From the NCBI GenBank assembly GCA_963741795.1, contig CAVUJM010000036.1, forward strand, positions 20,994 to 84,993: a stretch of DNA of 64,000 nt, given 5' to 3'. The stretch comes from an uncultured Chloroflexia bacterium. Its GTDB lineage: Bacteria > Chloroflexota > Chloroflexia > Thermomicrobiales > UBA6265. Below are positions 34,667-45,531 of the stretch, one piece after another (within the stretch, counting starts at the first letter, position 1; each line of letters opens with the position of its first letter). Below the pieces are notes generated by a model. The model had not been told where the DNA came from and searched no databases. It was given only the letters and a program-made list of their open reading frames with translations. The position numbers and the translations under genes are program-made.

Positions 34667-37600
34667 GTGCGCAAACCACGCTTGGGGGAACTCCACCATG
34701 AGCCCGGGCGACCAATCGTATTGGCCTTCTTTCCGGACCACGCCGAAGCCCGGCATGCCTTGCGAGATGTACGGCGTTACGGGCTTCGGCATTCCATATC
34801 GATCCAGCAGACGGCGGATCACCCCGCGTCGGTCGAGGGGCATCGCTATTCCCAGTGGCTGAGGGGCGGCACGCTTCTCGTCTCCATCGCGGCGTTGCTC
34901 GCGGTCCTCCTGTTGATGCCCGTGCGGGAATCGCCGACAGATGACGCGCTCATCGCCATGATCGCGTTCACCGTCCTCGCTCTTGGCGCGACGCTGGTCG
35001 TCTGGCTGGGGCTCGGTATCGGCGTTGCCCAGGACATCGTCAGCCGATACACGCCGTGGGTTTTGCCGGGCGAGTCCCTCCTAATCCTGACGACAACTTC
35101 TGACCGACTGGAAGAGGTCAGGGCCGTGCTCGGACGGCGGGAGTATCAGCAAGGATCCGTCTTCATCATGCAACCAGAGGCGGTTGTCTCCAAGCCCGTC
35201 TCCCACCCGATTCGCCAAGGCAGACTGCCAGAGGAACAACTGACGCGGCACGCGCAGGAACTGGCGTCGGACCATGTGTCCGTACCTGGTCTGGAAAACC
35301 TGCGACCCGTGGAACACTGGGTCACGGATGCGGCTCGCACCATCGACGCCGTCACGTCACGGTTGATGGAGTCGGCTCAGGCGCAACAGAGCGTCTCGAC
35401 GTCCGCCGAGTGGCTGCTCGACAACAACTACCTGATCCAGCAGCATGTCCTCGACGTGGAGAGGAGCCTCGCCAAATCGTCGCGGGACAGGCTCCCGACG
35501 TTCCAGGATGGCCATCATGCCGGCGCCCCTCGCATCTATGCCCTTGCCAGCGAATTCGTGGGCCTCACTGACGGCGAGGTAATCGAGGAAGAAATCCTCC
35601 TCTATCTCCAGCGTTTTCAGACCGGCCAGACGCTCACTATGGCGGAGATCTGGCAGTTCCCCCTCATGCTCCGCGTGGGCCTTCTGCAGATGGTGGCGGA
35701 AAGGGCGATCGAGACCGGCCATCGCGAGCATGATCACGAGCATGCCGATTTCTGGGCCAGTCGATTGCTCAGCGCCGCCCGACTCGACCCCGATGAACTG
35801 GCCTTCGCGCTTGCCCAGCTCGCACGGGAACAACCGAATCCGTCTCCGTATGTTGTAGATCGGCTGATCAACCAGACCGAGGCCGAGCCGCTCGCCTTCG
35901 AAGCGGTGCGGATCTGGCTCGAACACAAGACGGGGACGCCAATCGCCGAGGTGATCGAAGAAGATCAACGCCACACCGCGTATGACCTGGTCACGCTCGC
36001 GAACGCCATCTCCAGTCTCCGCACGGTGACGTCCCTCGACTGGGCCGTAATGTTCGAGCGCCTCAGCGTTGTCGAGGGGGTGTTCCGTGGCGACCCCTCG
36101 GGCATCTATCCAGCGATGGACGTCCAGACGCGCGATTGGTACCGGAAGGAGCTGGAGCTTCTCGCCACAGGCGCCGGGATGTCGGAGAAGGAAACGGCCC
36201 GTGAGGTCGTTGCGCTAGCCAGGGAGCATGCGGGCGACGAGCTCGCAAGCCATATCGGGTTCTACCTGATCGACGAGGGCCGCCCCGCGCTCGAGCGAAG
36301 GATTCAGGCTCGCATTTCGGCACGGCAACGCCTCGTGCGAGTCGTTCGTCGCCGGGCGAATGTCGTCTTTCCGGCAAGCATCCTCTTGACGACGATGGTG
36401 ATCCTGATCGTGCTCGTCCGGCTCCTTAGCCCTCTCGAGCATTCCTTCACACACGTATTAGCCGCTATCGCCTGTATAGGAGCTCTGGTGATCCTGGCGA
36501 GCGAAGCAGCCGTTCAACTCATCTCGCTCGTCGTCACACGATCGTTGCCCACCCGACCGCTACCCAAGCTCTCGATCAAGACCACCATCCCGGCCAGTCT
36601 CCGGACGCTTGTCGTCACCCCGGAAGTCCTCGGCTCCGTCGATGCGGTGGGGGCCTCGCTCGACCGCATGGAAACTCGCTACCTCGCCAATCGGGACCCC
36701 AACCTGCTTTTCGGCCTGATCATGGATCTCCCCGATGCCCCGCATCAAACCATGCCAGGTGATACCGTCATCCTCAATGCGGCAAAGCAGCGCATCGCCG
36801 AACTCAATCACCGGCATTATGGAGCACCATTCTTGCTGTTCTTCCGGGAGCGCCGCTGGAGCGACACCGAAGACGCCTGGCTCGGCTGGGAACGGAAACG
36901 CGGGAAGTTGGAGGAGCTGAACCGGCTCCTCACACGCGGGCCAGCGTTGGATACCGATGGAGACACCGCGCCAGACAGTACGCTGCGGCTCCTCGGCGAT
37001 CCCCTGAAGCTCGAGGGGATCAGGTTCGTCATCACGCTCGACGCCGATACCATCCTGCCCCGCGACGCCGCCCGGCACCTGATCGCCACGCTCGCCCATC
37101 CCCTGAACCTGCCCCGACTCGGCCCGGACGACAGGTCTATCGAACGCGGGTACGGCATTATCCAGCCGCGCATGATCGCCACGCTTCCCTCAGCTGCGTC
37201 CAGTCGCTTCTCACGCATCTTTGCCGATTGCGTCGGCGTGGACCCCTATTCCCGCCTCGTCTCAGACCTGTATCAGGACCTCGCCGGCGATGCCTCCTAC
37301 TATGGCAAAGGCATCTATGACCCCATCGCCCTGAACGCCGTCCTCGATAGCCGATTTCCGCAGGGATCGATCCTCAGCCACGACCTCCTTGAAGGAGCGT
37401 ACACGCGCGTGGGCCTTGCAAGCGATATCCAACTATTCGACCAGTTCCCCGACAGTTGGCCCGTTTTCGCCAGACGCCAACACCGCTGGATCAGAGGCGA
37501 CTGGCAGATCGCGGCTTGGTGCACGCCACGAGTCCCAGGTCCGGCAGGCTGGGAGCGCAATCCGCTCAGCCCCATTGATCGTTGGAAAATCCTGGATAAC

Positions 37601-40600
37601 CTGCGGCGGAGCCTGATCCCGATCGCCGCCATCGTTGCCTTGTTTACGGCCTGGACCGTCTTCCCGGAATCCGCGAGGGCGATAAGCCTGTTCGTCGCGG
37701 TGATCATGCTCTTCCCTGCGCTGTTGGGGACGATCACCTCTCTCATAGCACAACCTAAGCTCATCGCCATCTGGAATCACCAGCCAAGATGGCTGGACCT
37801 CGGGCTTATCTGGGCACGGGGACTTGTCGCGCTTGCACTGCTTCCACACGACGCTTTGCTGGCGAGCGACGCCATTGCTCGCGTCGTCTATCGTCGCCTG
37901 ATCTCACGGCGGCACCTGCTCGAATGGCAGCCATCTCGTATACGCGAAGGCATCACCTGGCTCGAGCACACAACCGCTATCACCCGTCTGGCAGGTCTCC
38001 ATGCGGCATTTGCTGTCGTCCTGATCGCCGCCACGCTCTCGATACCATCCATCCTGGCCGCCACGGCGCCTTACCTGGCCGCATGGATTGCGGCCCCGTT
38101 CCTGATGCCATGGCTTGATGGCAGCGCTCGCCGGTCGCCGACATTCACAATCCGCGAAACCCGGCGCCTGCGCGCGTTCGCCCGGCTGACCTGGCGATAC
38201 TTCGACGATTTCGTTGGTCCAGATACATCCTTCCTTCCGCCCGACAACTTCCAGCAGATTGTTCGGACCGATCTCGCGCAACGAACCTCGCCGACGAATA
38301 TCGGGTTATGGCTGACATCGGCATTGACGGCTTACGACTTCGGCTTCATCACCATCGAGGAGCTCGTCGAGCGGCTTGAAAACACGTTCCACACCCTGTT
38401 TCGCCTGGAGCGGTATGAGGGGCACATCCTCAACTGGTACGACACCAAGACGCTGCAACCTCTCCATCCCCGCTATGTCTCCACAGTCGATAGTGGAAAC
38501 CTGGTGGCCAGCCTATGGGTGGCCGCAAAGGGACTCTCCGACGCCATCGACAGGCCGATCGTAAGCGACGACTGCATCGAAGCCTGCCAGGATTCGCTGT
38601 ACCTGCTTGAACAGGCGATACTCCGGGAACTGAAACCCACGGACACCAACGGGCGGATCGACGAGCTCCTCGCGACGCTGAGGTCTCTCTGTGAATCTGT
38701 GCCCGCCAAGCCGGAGGGGCTGACCACCCGGCTGGGCGAGATCCAATCTCTCGCCCAGGAGCTGGCCAACTTGATCGAGCCCTTGGAAGCCAGTGGCACT
38801 GCCTCGTTCCATCAGCTTCAGCTCCCCCTGCTCCCTCTTGGTGGAGAAAAAGGGCCTCCCCGCCTCGCGGCCTACTGGTCACGTACGCTCGCGGGCCAAA
38901 GCCACGCCTGGTACCGTCTCATCGATCGCTACCTCTCATCGGTTGACGACACGACATCGCCAGCGCAGGACCGCTCTACCGGGAAGCCGAAGGACGCAGC
39001 GGCGACCATGCCTTCATTGCGCGATCTCGCCTGCCTGGACGGGGACGACCCTCCTACCAGCCCCCGCGCCTCCGCAAGGGCCATGATCCTCCAGGTGGAG
39101 GCATTGGTGGCCCAATCCCGTCAGCTCGCTGATGAAATGCGCATGGGTTTCCTCTTCGACGAGGACCGCAAACTATTCAGCATCGGCTTCAACGCGGAGA
39201 CCCGCCAGCTCGACACCTCGTATTACGATCTGCTGGCCAGCGAAGCACGGATTGCCAGCTATGTGGCGATCACGCAGGGAGACGTGCCGTCCGAGCACTG
39301 GCTCGCTCTTGGCCGGATATACGCCCGGGTTGGCCAGCGGCGCGCGCTGCTCTCGTGGAGCGGCACGATGTTCGAGTACCTGATGCCCACCATGTTCATG
39401 CGCACCTTTCCGTGTTCCCTGCTGGACAACGCCGAGCGCCAGGCCATCAGGGCGCAGATGGATTATGCCGAACGCATGAAAGTGCCATGGGGCATTTCGG
39501 AGTCGGCCTTCTCCGCGCTCGACCAGCACCACATCTACCAGTACAAGGCGTTCGGCGTGCCTGGGCTTGGAGCCCGACGGGCCCTCGCCGACGACCTGGT
39601 TGTCGCACCGTACGCAACCGCCCTCGCGCTCCCCCTGTTCCCGCAACTCGCCCTCCGGAACATGAAGCGACTCGCCGATCTCGGCATGGTTGGCGAGTAC
39701 GGCTTCTACGACGCGATCGATTTCACGCCACATCGGCAGCCCCAAGGAACGCATGGCCTCATCGCCTACACCTTCATGGCCCACCACCAGGCGATGACGC
39801 TCGTCTCGATTGGCAACGCGCTGCACGGCAATATCATGGTGCACCGGTTCCATGCCGACGGGCGGGTGCGTTCTGGCGAACCCATGCTTTGGGAACGGAT
39901 CCCGGCCGAGCCGCCGTTGATCGAGCGGCCACTTTCCGTTCAACCGTTGCACATGCTTCCACCTGGCACCGGGCTTGTTCCTCCCACCCGCCTCACGACC
40001 CCGGATACACCCATCCCACGCACGCAGCTGCTGGGAAGCGAGGCCTATTCCGTGATGGTCACCAACGCCGGCGGCGGATACAGTCGCTGGCGGGACATCG
40101 ACCTGACGCGCTGGCGGGCCGACGCAACAACCGACGAGTGGGGCAGCTTCATTTACGTGAAGGACACAGTGAGCGGTGAAGTGTGGTCACCTGCCCACCA
40201 TCCGACGCGCCGCGACACCGCTCCCTACTCCATGACGTTCACCCCGCCCCAGGTCACGTTCGAGCGGCGTGACGACGACATCGGAACCACAATGGAGATC
40301 GCTGTTTCCGTGGAGGACGCGGCCGAGCTGCGGCGCCTGACCTTCACCAACTACTCCGATCATCCTCGTTCGCTGGAGATAACCTCCTACATCGAGCTGG
40401 CGTTGGCGCCACGCAGCCGATATCGCTCTCCGGACTATTCAGGAGTTCTTGTGAAGACCGAGGCCCTACCGAACCGAAACGCCCTGATCGCGTCGCGGAG
40501 GCCACGCTCATCCGACGAAGGTGCTGTCTGGGCGGCGCACGCTCTGTCCGCCGAGGGAGCCGCCCTGGCGCCACCCCGACAGTTCGAGACGGATCGGGCC

Positions 40601-41662
40601 TGGTTTGTCGGCCGCGGTCGCATGCTCGAACATCCCGCTGCCCTCGACGGCCGGCTATCGAACACGGCAGGTTGGGTGCTCGACCCGATCTTCAGCCTGC
40701 GGCACCAGATGACTGTCACTCCCGGGAAGCAGGCCCAACTGCTGTTCGTGACGTGCGCAGGCGAGTCGCGCACGGACGTCCTGTGGATGGTCGAGAAGTA
40801 CAGGGACATCCATGTCGCCAACCGCGCGTTCGGGTTGACGCGAGCGCTGATCGAGCTCGAGCCTCGCAAACTCCGGATTCCGGTGAACCAGGTACAGCAA
40901 TTCCAGCAGCTCGCCACCCACATGATCTTCCCGAATCGGGCCTTGCGGGCGGGCCAAAAACTGATCAGGGACAACCGGCTCGGTCAATCGCGACTGTGGG
41001 CGTATGGCATCTCCGGCGACCTTCCGCTCATGCTCGTCACCGTCGGAAGGTCCCGCGATCTCCCGCTCGTGCGGGAAGCGTTGGCTGCCCACGCCTATTG
41101 GCGATTGAGGGGCTTCCGGTCAGACATCTTCATCCTCAACGAAGAGGCCCACGGCTACCAGCAGCCGCTGGAAGTAGAGCTCAACCAGATGATCCAGTGG
41201 TACGAGCAGTTCACACCTCGTGACCAGCCGGCCGGCATCTATCTACGCGTGCGGGATCAAATGCCGGAGGATGACGTCCGCCTGCTCCATGCCATTGCCC
41301 GGGTGGTGCTTGTCGCCTCGCGCGGGTCTCTAGAGCGCCAACTGGCTGCGTGGAATGTGGTTCCTTCCATCTCCGGTGCGCACAAGCCCAAGAGAGCCTC
41401 GGTGCCAGAGCGACAGTCGTCGCTTCCGATTCTCGATCGCCACTACCTCAACGGGTTCGGCGGCTTCACGCTTGACGGGCGCGAGTATGTCGTCCAGATC
41501 GATCCTGAACCACCGCCCCCCGCTCCGTGGGTGAACGTGATGGCCGGTCCCCGGTTCGGCACGCTGGTCTCGGAGACGGCGCGGGGTTCACCTGGCGCTC
41601 AACAGCCAAGGGAACCGCCTGACTCCGTGGTCGAACGATCCCGTCTCCGACCCGCCCGGTGA
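34667..41662 (+). CDS. Cyclic beta-1,2-glucan synthase-like giant protein (GT84 domain + linker), intact part
   Basis: The uninterrupted ORF is 2331 aa. The GT84-type block reads GKGIYDPIALNAVLDSRFPQGSILSHDLLEGAYTRVGLASDIQLFDQFPDSWPVFARRQHRWIRGDWQIAAW. Multiple TM helices are present, and the GH94-type N-terminal region begins near ...EYVVQIDPEPPPPAPWVNVMAGPRFGTLVSE. The start is uncertain by tens of codons. Confidence 0.85.
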   Translation: MRKPRLGELHHEPGRPIVLAFFPDHAEARHALRDVRRYGLRHSISIQQTADHPASVEGHRYSQWLRGGTLLVSIAALLAVLLLMPVRESPTDDALIAMIAFTVLALGATLVVWLGLGIGVAQDIVSRYTPWVLPGESLLILTTTSDRLEEVRAVLGRREYQQGSVFIMQPEAVVSKPVSHPIRQGRLPEEQLTRHAQELASDHVSVPGLENLRPVEHWVTDAARTIDAVTSRLMESAQAQQSVSTSAEWLLDNNYLIQQHVLDVERSLAKSSRDRLPTFQDGHHAGAPRIYALASEFVGLTDGEVIEEEILLYLQRFQTGQTLTMAEIWQFPLMLRVGLLQMVAERAIETGHREHDHEHADFWASRLLSAARLDPDELAFALAQLAREQPNPSPYVVDRLINQTEAEPLAFEAVRIWLEHKTGTPIAEVIEEDQRHTAYDLVTLANAISSLRTVTSLDWAVMFERLSVVEGVFRGDPSGIYPAMDVQTRDWYRKELELLATGAGMSEKETAREVVALAREHAGDELASHIGFYLIDEGRPALERRIQARISARQRLVRVVRRRANVVFPASILLTTMVILIVLVRLLSPLEHSFTHVLAAIACIGALVILASEAAVQLISLVVTRSLPTRPLPKLSIKTTIPASLRTLVVTPEVLGSVDAVGASLDRMETRYLANRDPNLLFGLIMDLPDAPHQTMPGDTVILNAAKQRIAELNHRHYGAPFLLFFRERRWSDTEDAWLGWERKRGKLEELNRLLTRGPALDTDGDTAPDSTLRLLGDPLKLEGIRFVITLDADTILPRDAARHLIATLAHPLNLPRLGPDDRSIERGYGIIQPRMIATLPSAASSRFSRIFADCVGVDPYSRLVSDLYQDLAGDASYYGKGIYDPIALNAVLDSRFPQGSILSHDLLEGAYTRVGLASDIQLFDQFPDSWPVFARRQHRWIRGDWQIAAWCTPRVPGPAGWERNPLSPIDRWKILDNLRRSLIPIAAIVALFTAWTVFPESARAISLFVAVIMLFPALLGTITSLIAQPKLIAIWNHQPRWLDLGLIWARGLVALALLPHDALLASDAIARVVYRRLISRRHLLEWQPSRIREGITWLEHTTAITRLAGLHAAFAVVLIAATLSIPSILAATAPYLAAWIAAPFLMPWLDGSARRSPTFTIRETRRLRAFARLTWRYFDDFVGPDTSFLPPDNFQQIVRTDLAQRTSPTNIGLWLTSALTAYDFGFITIEELVERLENTFHTLFRLERYEGHILNWYDTKTLQPLHPRYVSTVDSGNLVASLWVAAKGLSDAIDRPIVSDDCIEACQDSLYLLEQAILRELKPTDTNGRIDELLATLRSLCESVPAKPEGLTTRLGEIQSLAQELANLIEPLEASGTASFHQLQLPLLPLGGEKGPPRLAAYWSRTLAGQSHAWYRLIDRYLSSVDDTTSPAQDRSTGKPKDAAATMPSLRDLACLDGDDPPTSPRASARAMILQVEALVAQSRQLADEMRMGFLFDEDRKLFSIGFNAETRQLDTSYYDLLASEARIASYVAITQGDVPSEHWLALGRIYARVGQRRALLSWSGTMFEYLMPTMFMRTFPCSLLDNAERQAIRAQMDYAERMKVPWGISESAFSALDQHHIYQYKAFGVPGLGARRALADDLVVAPYATALALPLFPQLALRNMKRLADLGMVGEYGFYDAIDFTPHRQPQGTHGLIAYTFMAHHQAMTLVSIGNALHGNIMVHRFHADGRVRSGEPMLWERIPAEPPLIERPLSVQPLHMLPPGTGLVPPTRLTTPDTPIPRTQLLGSEAYSVMVTNAGGGYSRWRDIDLTRWRADATTDEWGSFIYVKDTVSGEVWSPAHHPTRRDTAPYSMTFTPPQVTFERRDDDIGTTMEIAVSVEDAAELRRLTFTNYSDHPRSLEITSYIELALAPRSRYRSPDYSGVLVKTEALPNRNALIASRRPRSSDEGAVWAAHALSAEGAALAPPRQFETDRAWFVGRGRMLEHPAALDGRLSNTAGWVLDPIFSLRHQMTVTPGKQAQLLFVTCAGESRTDVLWMVEKYRDIHVANRAFGLTRALIELEPRKLRIPVNQVQQFQQLATHMIFPNRALRAGQKLIRDNRLGQSRLWAYGISGDLPLMLVTVGRSRDLPLVREALAAHAYWRLRGFRSDIFILNEEAHGYQQPLEVELNQMIQWYEQFTPRDQPAGIYLRVRDQMPEDDVRLLHAIARVVLVASRGSLERQLAAWNVVPSISGAHKPKRASVPERQSSLPILDRHYLNGFGGFTLDGREYVVQIDPEPPPPAPWVNVMAGPRFGTLVSETARGSPGAQQPREPPDSVVERSRLRPAR

Positions 41663-43875
41663 TGCGGTCTATATCCGTGACGACGACACCGGAGACGTCT
41701 GGACGCCTACGGCGGCGCCGATCCGGGAGCAAGGTCCGTATCGCGTCCGCCACGGTCAGGGCTACACAATTTTTGAGCACAACAGCCACGAGGATCGAGC
41801 AGGAGATGACGACATTTGTGCCGGTGGACGCGGCAGGCGGGCGCGCCGGCGCGATTGTAATGGCTCAAGCTACACAATCGCTCTCGTCGTCTACGCCACC
41901 TGAACATCTACGAAGATACAACGATTGGGTGCTTGGCACCCACCGCGAGCAAACCGGGATGCACGTGGTGACGAAGTGGAAAGGTGATCATGATGTCCTC
42001 TTCGCCAGGAACGCCTACCACCCGGATGTTGGAGGACACGTCGCTTTGCGAGCGTCACTCCCCGGGCCTCTGGCTACACGCCGACGCACGGAGTTCATTG
42101 GCCGGAACGGGACGACTCGCCGGTCCGGCAGCACTACGGCGTTTATCGCCTCGGGAAGCGGACCGGCGCTGGGCTCGATCCCTGCGCCGCGCTGCAGTCA
42201 CATCGATCATCCTCAATCCTGGAGCAGACGCAAGACGTCATCTTCACCCTCGGGCAGGCCCTCGACGAACAGTCGCGCCAGCGACGTTGCCCAGCGATGC
42301 AGAGACGCCGCGTCACGTTCGAGGACGCGCTGAGACGCAACGCGCGCCTGGTGGGACAGCACCTGCTGGGGACGATCGAGGTAGAGACACCGGATAACGC
42401 TCAGCAGACATCATGCTCAACCGCTGGCTGCTCTACCAAACACTTGAGTTGCCGGCTCTGGGGGCGATCGGGCTTCTACCAGTCGGGCGGCGCGTTCGGG
42501 TTCCGCGATCAGCTGCAGGATGCGCATGGCCCTCGCTCTACGCCGCATCCCGACGAGGCACGCGCGCAGATCCTGCGGGCGGCAGCGCGCCAGTTCGTCG
42601 AAGGCGACGTGCAGCACTGGTGGCACCCGCAGTCGGGAGCGGGCGTCGGACACGGATCTCCGACGACCTCCTGTGGCTACCTTACGTGACGACCCAATAC
42701 GTGCAGGTGACCGACGACAGAAGGCATTCTCGACGAGATGGTGCCTTTCCTCGAGCGGCCCGGAACTCGAGGAGGACGAGCATGAACGCTATTTCGTGCC
42801 GGACGTCTTGCCGGAGAGTTGCCACGCTTGCGCGAGCACTGCCACCGGGCAATCGCTCGAGGATCAAACGGTCGGACCTCACGGTCTGCCACTCATCGGC
42901 ACCGGGAGATTGGAACGACGGGCATGAGCTCGGTCGGGGTCGATGGGACCGGTGAGAGCATCTGGCTCGCCTGGTTCCTGATCGACGTCCTGAACCGCTT
43001 CGCCGGGATCATCGCTGGTCGCGGCGAGCGCACTTTGGCGAGATCGCTACCGAAAGGAAGCCGGCCGGTTGGCCGCCGCGGTCGAGACCGGGGCGTGGGA
43101 TGGAGCCTGGTACGTCCGGGCGTTCTTCGACGACGGCACCCCTGTGGGGTCGAGTGCAAGCATTCAGGACCGGATCGACTCCCTGGCGCAATCATGGGCA
43201 GTGATCAGCGGCGCCGCGGATCCCGAACGCGCTCGGAGCGCATGCGCGCGGTCGACGACGAGCTCATACTCGACCGGGAGCAGATGGTGCTCCTTTCACC
43301 CCGCCTTCGAGAAGGCCATGCTCGGATCCGGGTTACATCAGCAATTACCCACCGGGCGTGCGAGAGAACGGCGGACAATACACGCACGCGGCCATTTGGG
43401 TCGCCATGGCGTTCGCTCGGCTCGGGGACGGTGACCGCGCGGCGGCGATCCTCCACATGCTAAACCCGATTGAACATGGCCGCACACGAGAGGACGTCGA
43501 GCGGTACAAGGTGGAGCCGTATGTTGTCGCGGCGGATGTCTACGCGCTGGAACACCAGTCGGGCGCGGCGGGTGGACCTGGTACACAGGATCGAGCGGCT
43601 GGATGTACCGGGTGTGGATCGAAGAGATCCTCGGCTTCAAGCTCCGGGGAACCAGACTCACCATCGACCCGGTGATCCCGCGCTCCTGGGAGGGGTTCAA
43701 GCTCACATTCCGTTACGGCCGAGCCGAATACGCGATCCACGTGGAGAATCCGACGCCGATCAACCGCGGCGTTCTATGGGTGGAGCTTGACGGGCAGCGT
43801 CATCCTGATTCCACGATCAGCCTCGTGGACGACGAACAGCGAGCATGCGGTAACCGTCATGCTGGGAACACCTGA
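41560..43875 (+). pseudogene. GH94 (glycoside phosphorylase-like) C-terminal domain of the glucan synthase, scattered over all three frames
   Basis: Collinear GH94-like blocks sit in different frames and track ORFs. They include GFTWRS; NSQGNRLTPWSNDPVSDPPGDAVYIRDDDTGDVWTPT; YNDWVLGTHREQTGMHVVT; TGAGLDPCAALQ; MLNRWLLYQTL; CRLWGRSGFYQSGGAFGFRDQLQD; RQFVEGDVQHWWHPQSGAGV; ISDDLLWLPYVTTQYVQV; LEEDEHERYFVPDV; GPHGLPLIGTG; GVDGTGESIWLAWFLIDVL; AAAVETGAWDGAWYVRAFFDDG; RENGGQYTHAAIWVAMAF and WMYRVWIEEILGFKLRGTRLTIDPVIP. At least ten frame switches are needed to join them. Confidence 0.7.
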
Positions 43876-43971
43876 CGCCGTGGGCGGCACATGATCGGGA
43901 GAACGGTCGAAGCGGCAGTCAATGGCGTCCCAATCTTGGGCAGCCTGGAAGAACGCCCAACGGTGTGGTGA

Positions 43972-44574
43972 TCAGCCCGCCCGTAATACCTGACGAGCGG
44001 GCGGCCCGATTCGCTCCAGCCACCGTTCATACGTTTTTCCGGAAGGATGCAGGCCATCGGTGGCGACCCATTCCGGCCCGACAAGCTCCTGCGACAACTC
44101 GAAGATGTCGGCGACGGCCACCCCCCGTTTACCTGCCTCCTCGACGATGATCACGTTGAACGACGCGATGCCAGCGGTGATGTCACGCCCCCGGCTGTAC
44201 TTCCCGCCCTCCGGAGTGACGGAGAAGTCCGGGATCGTGACAAACAGGAGCCGATCCGGTGACGGCAGCTCCTGCTGGACTTCACCGATGATCTGACCCA
44301 GCCGTTCCCGGAACACATCCGCGTCGACGCCCTGCACCCAGTCGTTCACGCCGATCAGCAACGTGACGAATGTGGCGTTGCTCTCCCGGAGTACCGGCAG
44401 CTCCTTCTCCAGCACGTCGGCCGTCGTCCACCCCGTCACGGAGGGGTTGGCCACGAGGTCGATGTCCACGCCGGCATCGCGCAGGTAGGTCACCAATCGA
44501 TTCGGCCACCGCTCCTCGGATTCGACGCCCTCGCCGATGGTGTAGGAATCGCCGAGCGCCACATATCGTTCCAC
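43972..44574 (-). CDS. SGNH/GDSL-family hydrolase
   Basis: Block I is YVALGDSYTIGEG, block III is LLIGVNDW and block V is DGLHPS. Confidence 0.85.
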   Translation of the reverse strand: MERYVALGDSYTIGEGVESEERWPNRLVTYLRDAGVDIDLVANPSVTGWTTADVLEKELPVLRESNATFVTLLIGVNDWVQGVDADVFRERLGQIIGEVQQELPSPDRLLFVTIPDFSVTPEGGKYSRGRDITAGIASFNVIIVEEAGKRGVAVADIFELSQELVGPEWVATDGLHPSGKTYERWLERIGPPARQVLRAG

Positions 44575-44749
44575 GCCTTATCCCCTCCATCAACCCGTTA
44601 TCCCGACCGCTGAAGTCCGTTTACGGATCTGTGACGCGCGATCCCCGCAGCCCGATGCCTTTGTTGCGGCCCGGGGCATACCGTGTATGCAGAAGCATGC
44701 CAGCCATCAGGCGTGCATGGTGTTCGGTGCAGTGAAAGGTAGTAATCCC

Positions 44750-45433
44750 ATGGAAACCACAACAGTCGAGTACGTCACCCTGCCTCGGCTCAACGAGCCC
44801 GCGCCGGACTTCGATGCCCTGACGACGCATGGCCGCAAGAAGCTGAGCGACTACACCGACGCCGGCCGGTGGGTCTTGCTGTTCAGCCACCCTGCCGACT
44901 TCACACCCGTCTGCACCACGGAGTTCATGGCCTTTGCGCAACTCGAGCCCGAGTTCAGGGCGCGCAACGTCCAGCTGATCGGGCTCTCCATCGACTCGAT
45001 CCACTCCCATCTCGCATGGGTCCAGGACATCGAGCAGAATCTCGGCGTTCACGTTCCCTTCCCGATCATCGCCGATCTCGACATGAAGGTCGCCAACGCG
45101 TTCGGGATGGTCCATCCAGCGGCGTCGACCACATCCGCCGTGCGCGCAGTCTTCATCGTCGACCCGAACCGCATACTCCGCGCGATGGTCTACTACCCGC
45201 TCACGACCGGCCGCAATATGGACGAGCTCCTGCGCGTCATCGACGCCCTGCAAACCTCCGACGAGTACAAGGTCTCCACCCCGGCGAACTGGACGCCCGG
45301 CAAGGACGTTATCGTGCCGGCGCCGTCTACCATGGACGATCTCGCGGCCGAAGAGGCGAAGCGCGACGAGTATGACTACAAGCGCTGGTACCTGCGGTTC
45401 CGCTCCCTTCCAGAAGGACGGGCCGCCGACTGA
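44750..45433 (+). CDS. 1-Cys peroxiredoxin (Prx6-type)
   Basis: The active-site block is WVLLFSHPADFTPVCTTE. The Prx6-like C-terminal block is STPANWTPGKDVIV. I chose the ATG at 44750; the ORF is open from 44687. Confidence 0.9.
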   Translation: METTTVEYVTLPRLNEPAPDFDALTTHGRKKLSDYTDAGRWVLLFSHPADFTPVCTTEFMAFAQLEPEFRARNVQLIGLSIDSIHSHLAWVQDIEQNLGVHVPFPIIADLDMKVANAFGMVHPAASTTSAVRAVFIVDPNRILRAMVYYPLTTGRNMDELLRVIDALQTSDEYKVSTPANWTPGKDVIVPAPSTMDDLAAEEAKRDEYDYKRWYLRFRSLPEGRAAD

Positions 45434-45468
45434 TCCTCCCGCAGGCTGACGTGCCAATCGAATGAGCA

Positions 45469-45510
45469 GAACGCCGTCGCCGGAACATTCACAGCGACGG
45501 CGTTCTTTTT
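45469..45510 (+). terminator. Rho-independent terminator
   Basis: The structure is a perfect 12-bp stem, GAACGCCGTCGC-(13 nt loop)-GCGACGGCGTTC, followed by TTTTT. It lies 35 nt downstream of the peroxiredoxin stop. Confidence 0.7.
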
Positions 45511-45531
45511 GGCCGGAACCGCCTCTTTTCG

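Noticed and set aside
34448-34843. 131-aa minus-strand ORF between the P450 and the glucan synthase
   Set aside because: It overlaps the protein-like N-terminus of the glucan-synthase ORF (IVLAFFPDHAEARHALRDVRRYGL, then TM helices), which shows a GC-rich third codon position. The ORF has no motif and no convincing RBS. I kept it only as a low-probability alternative.
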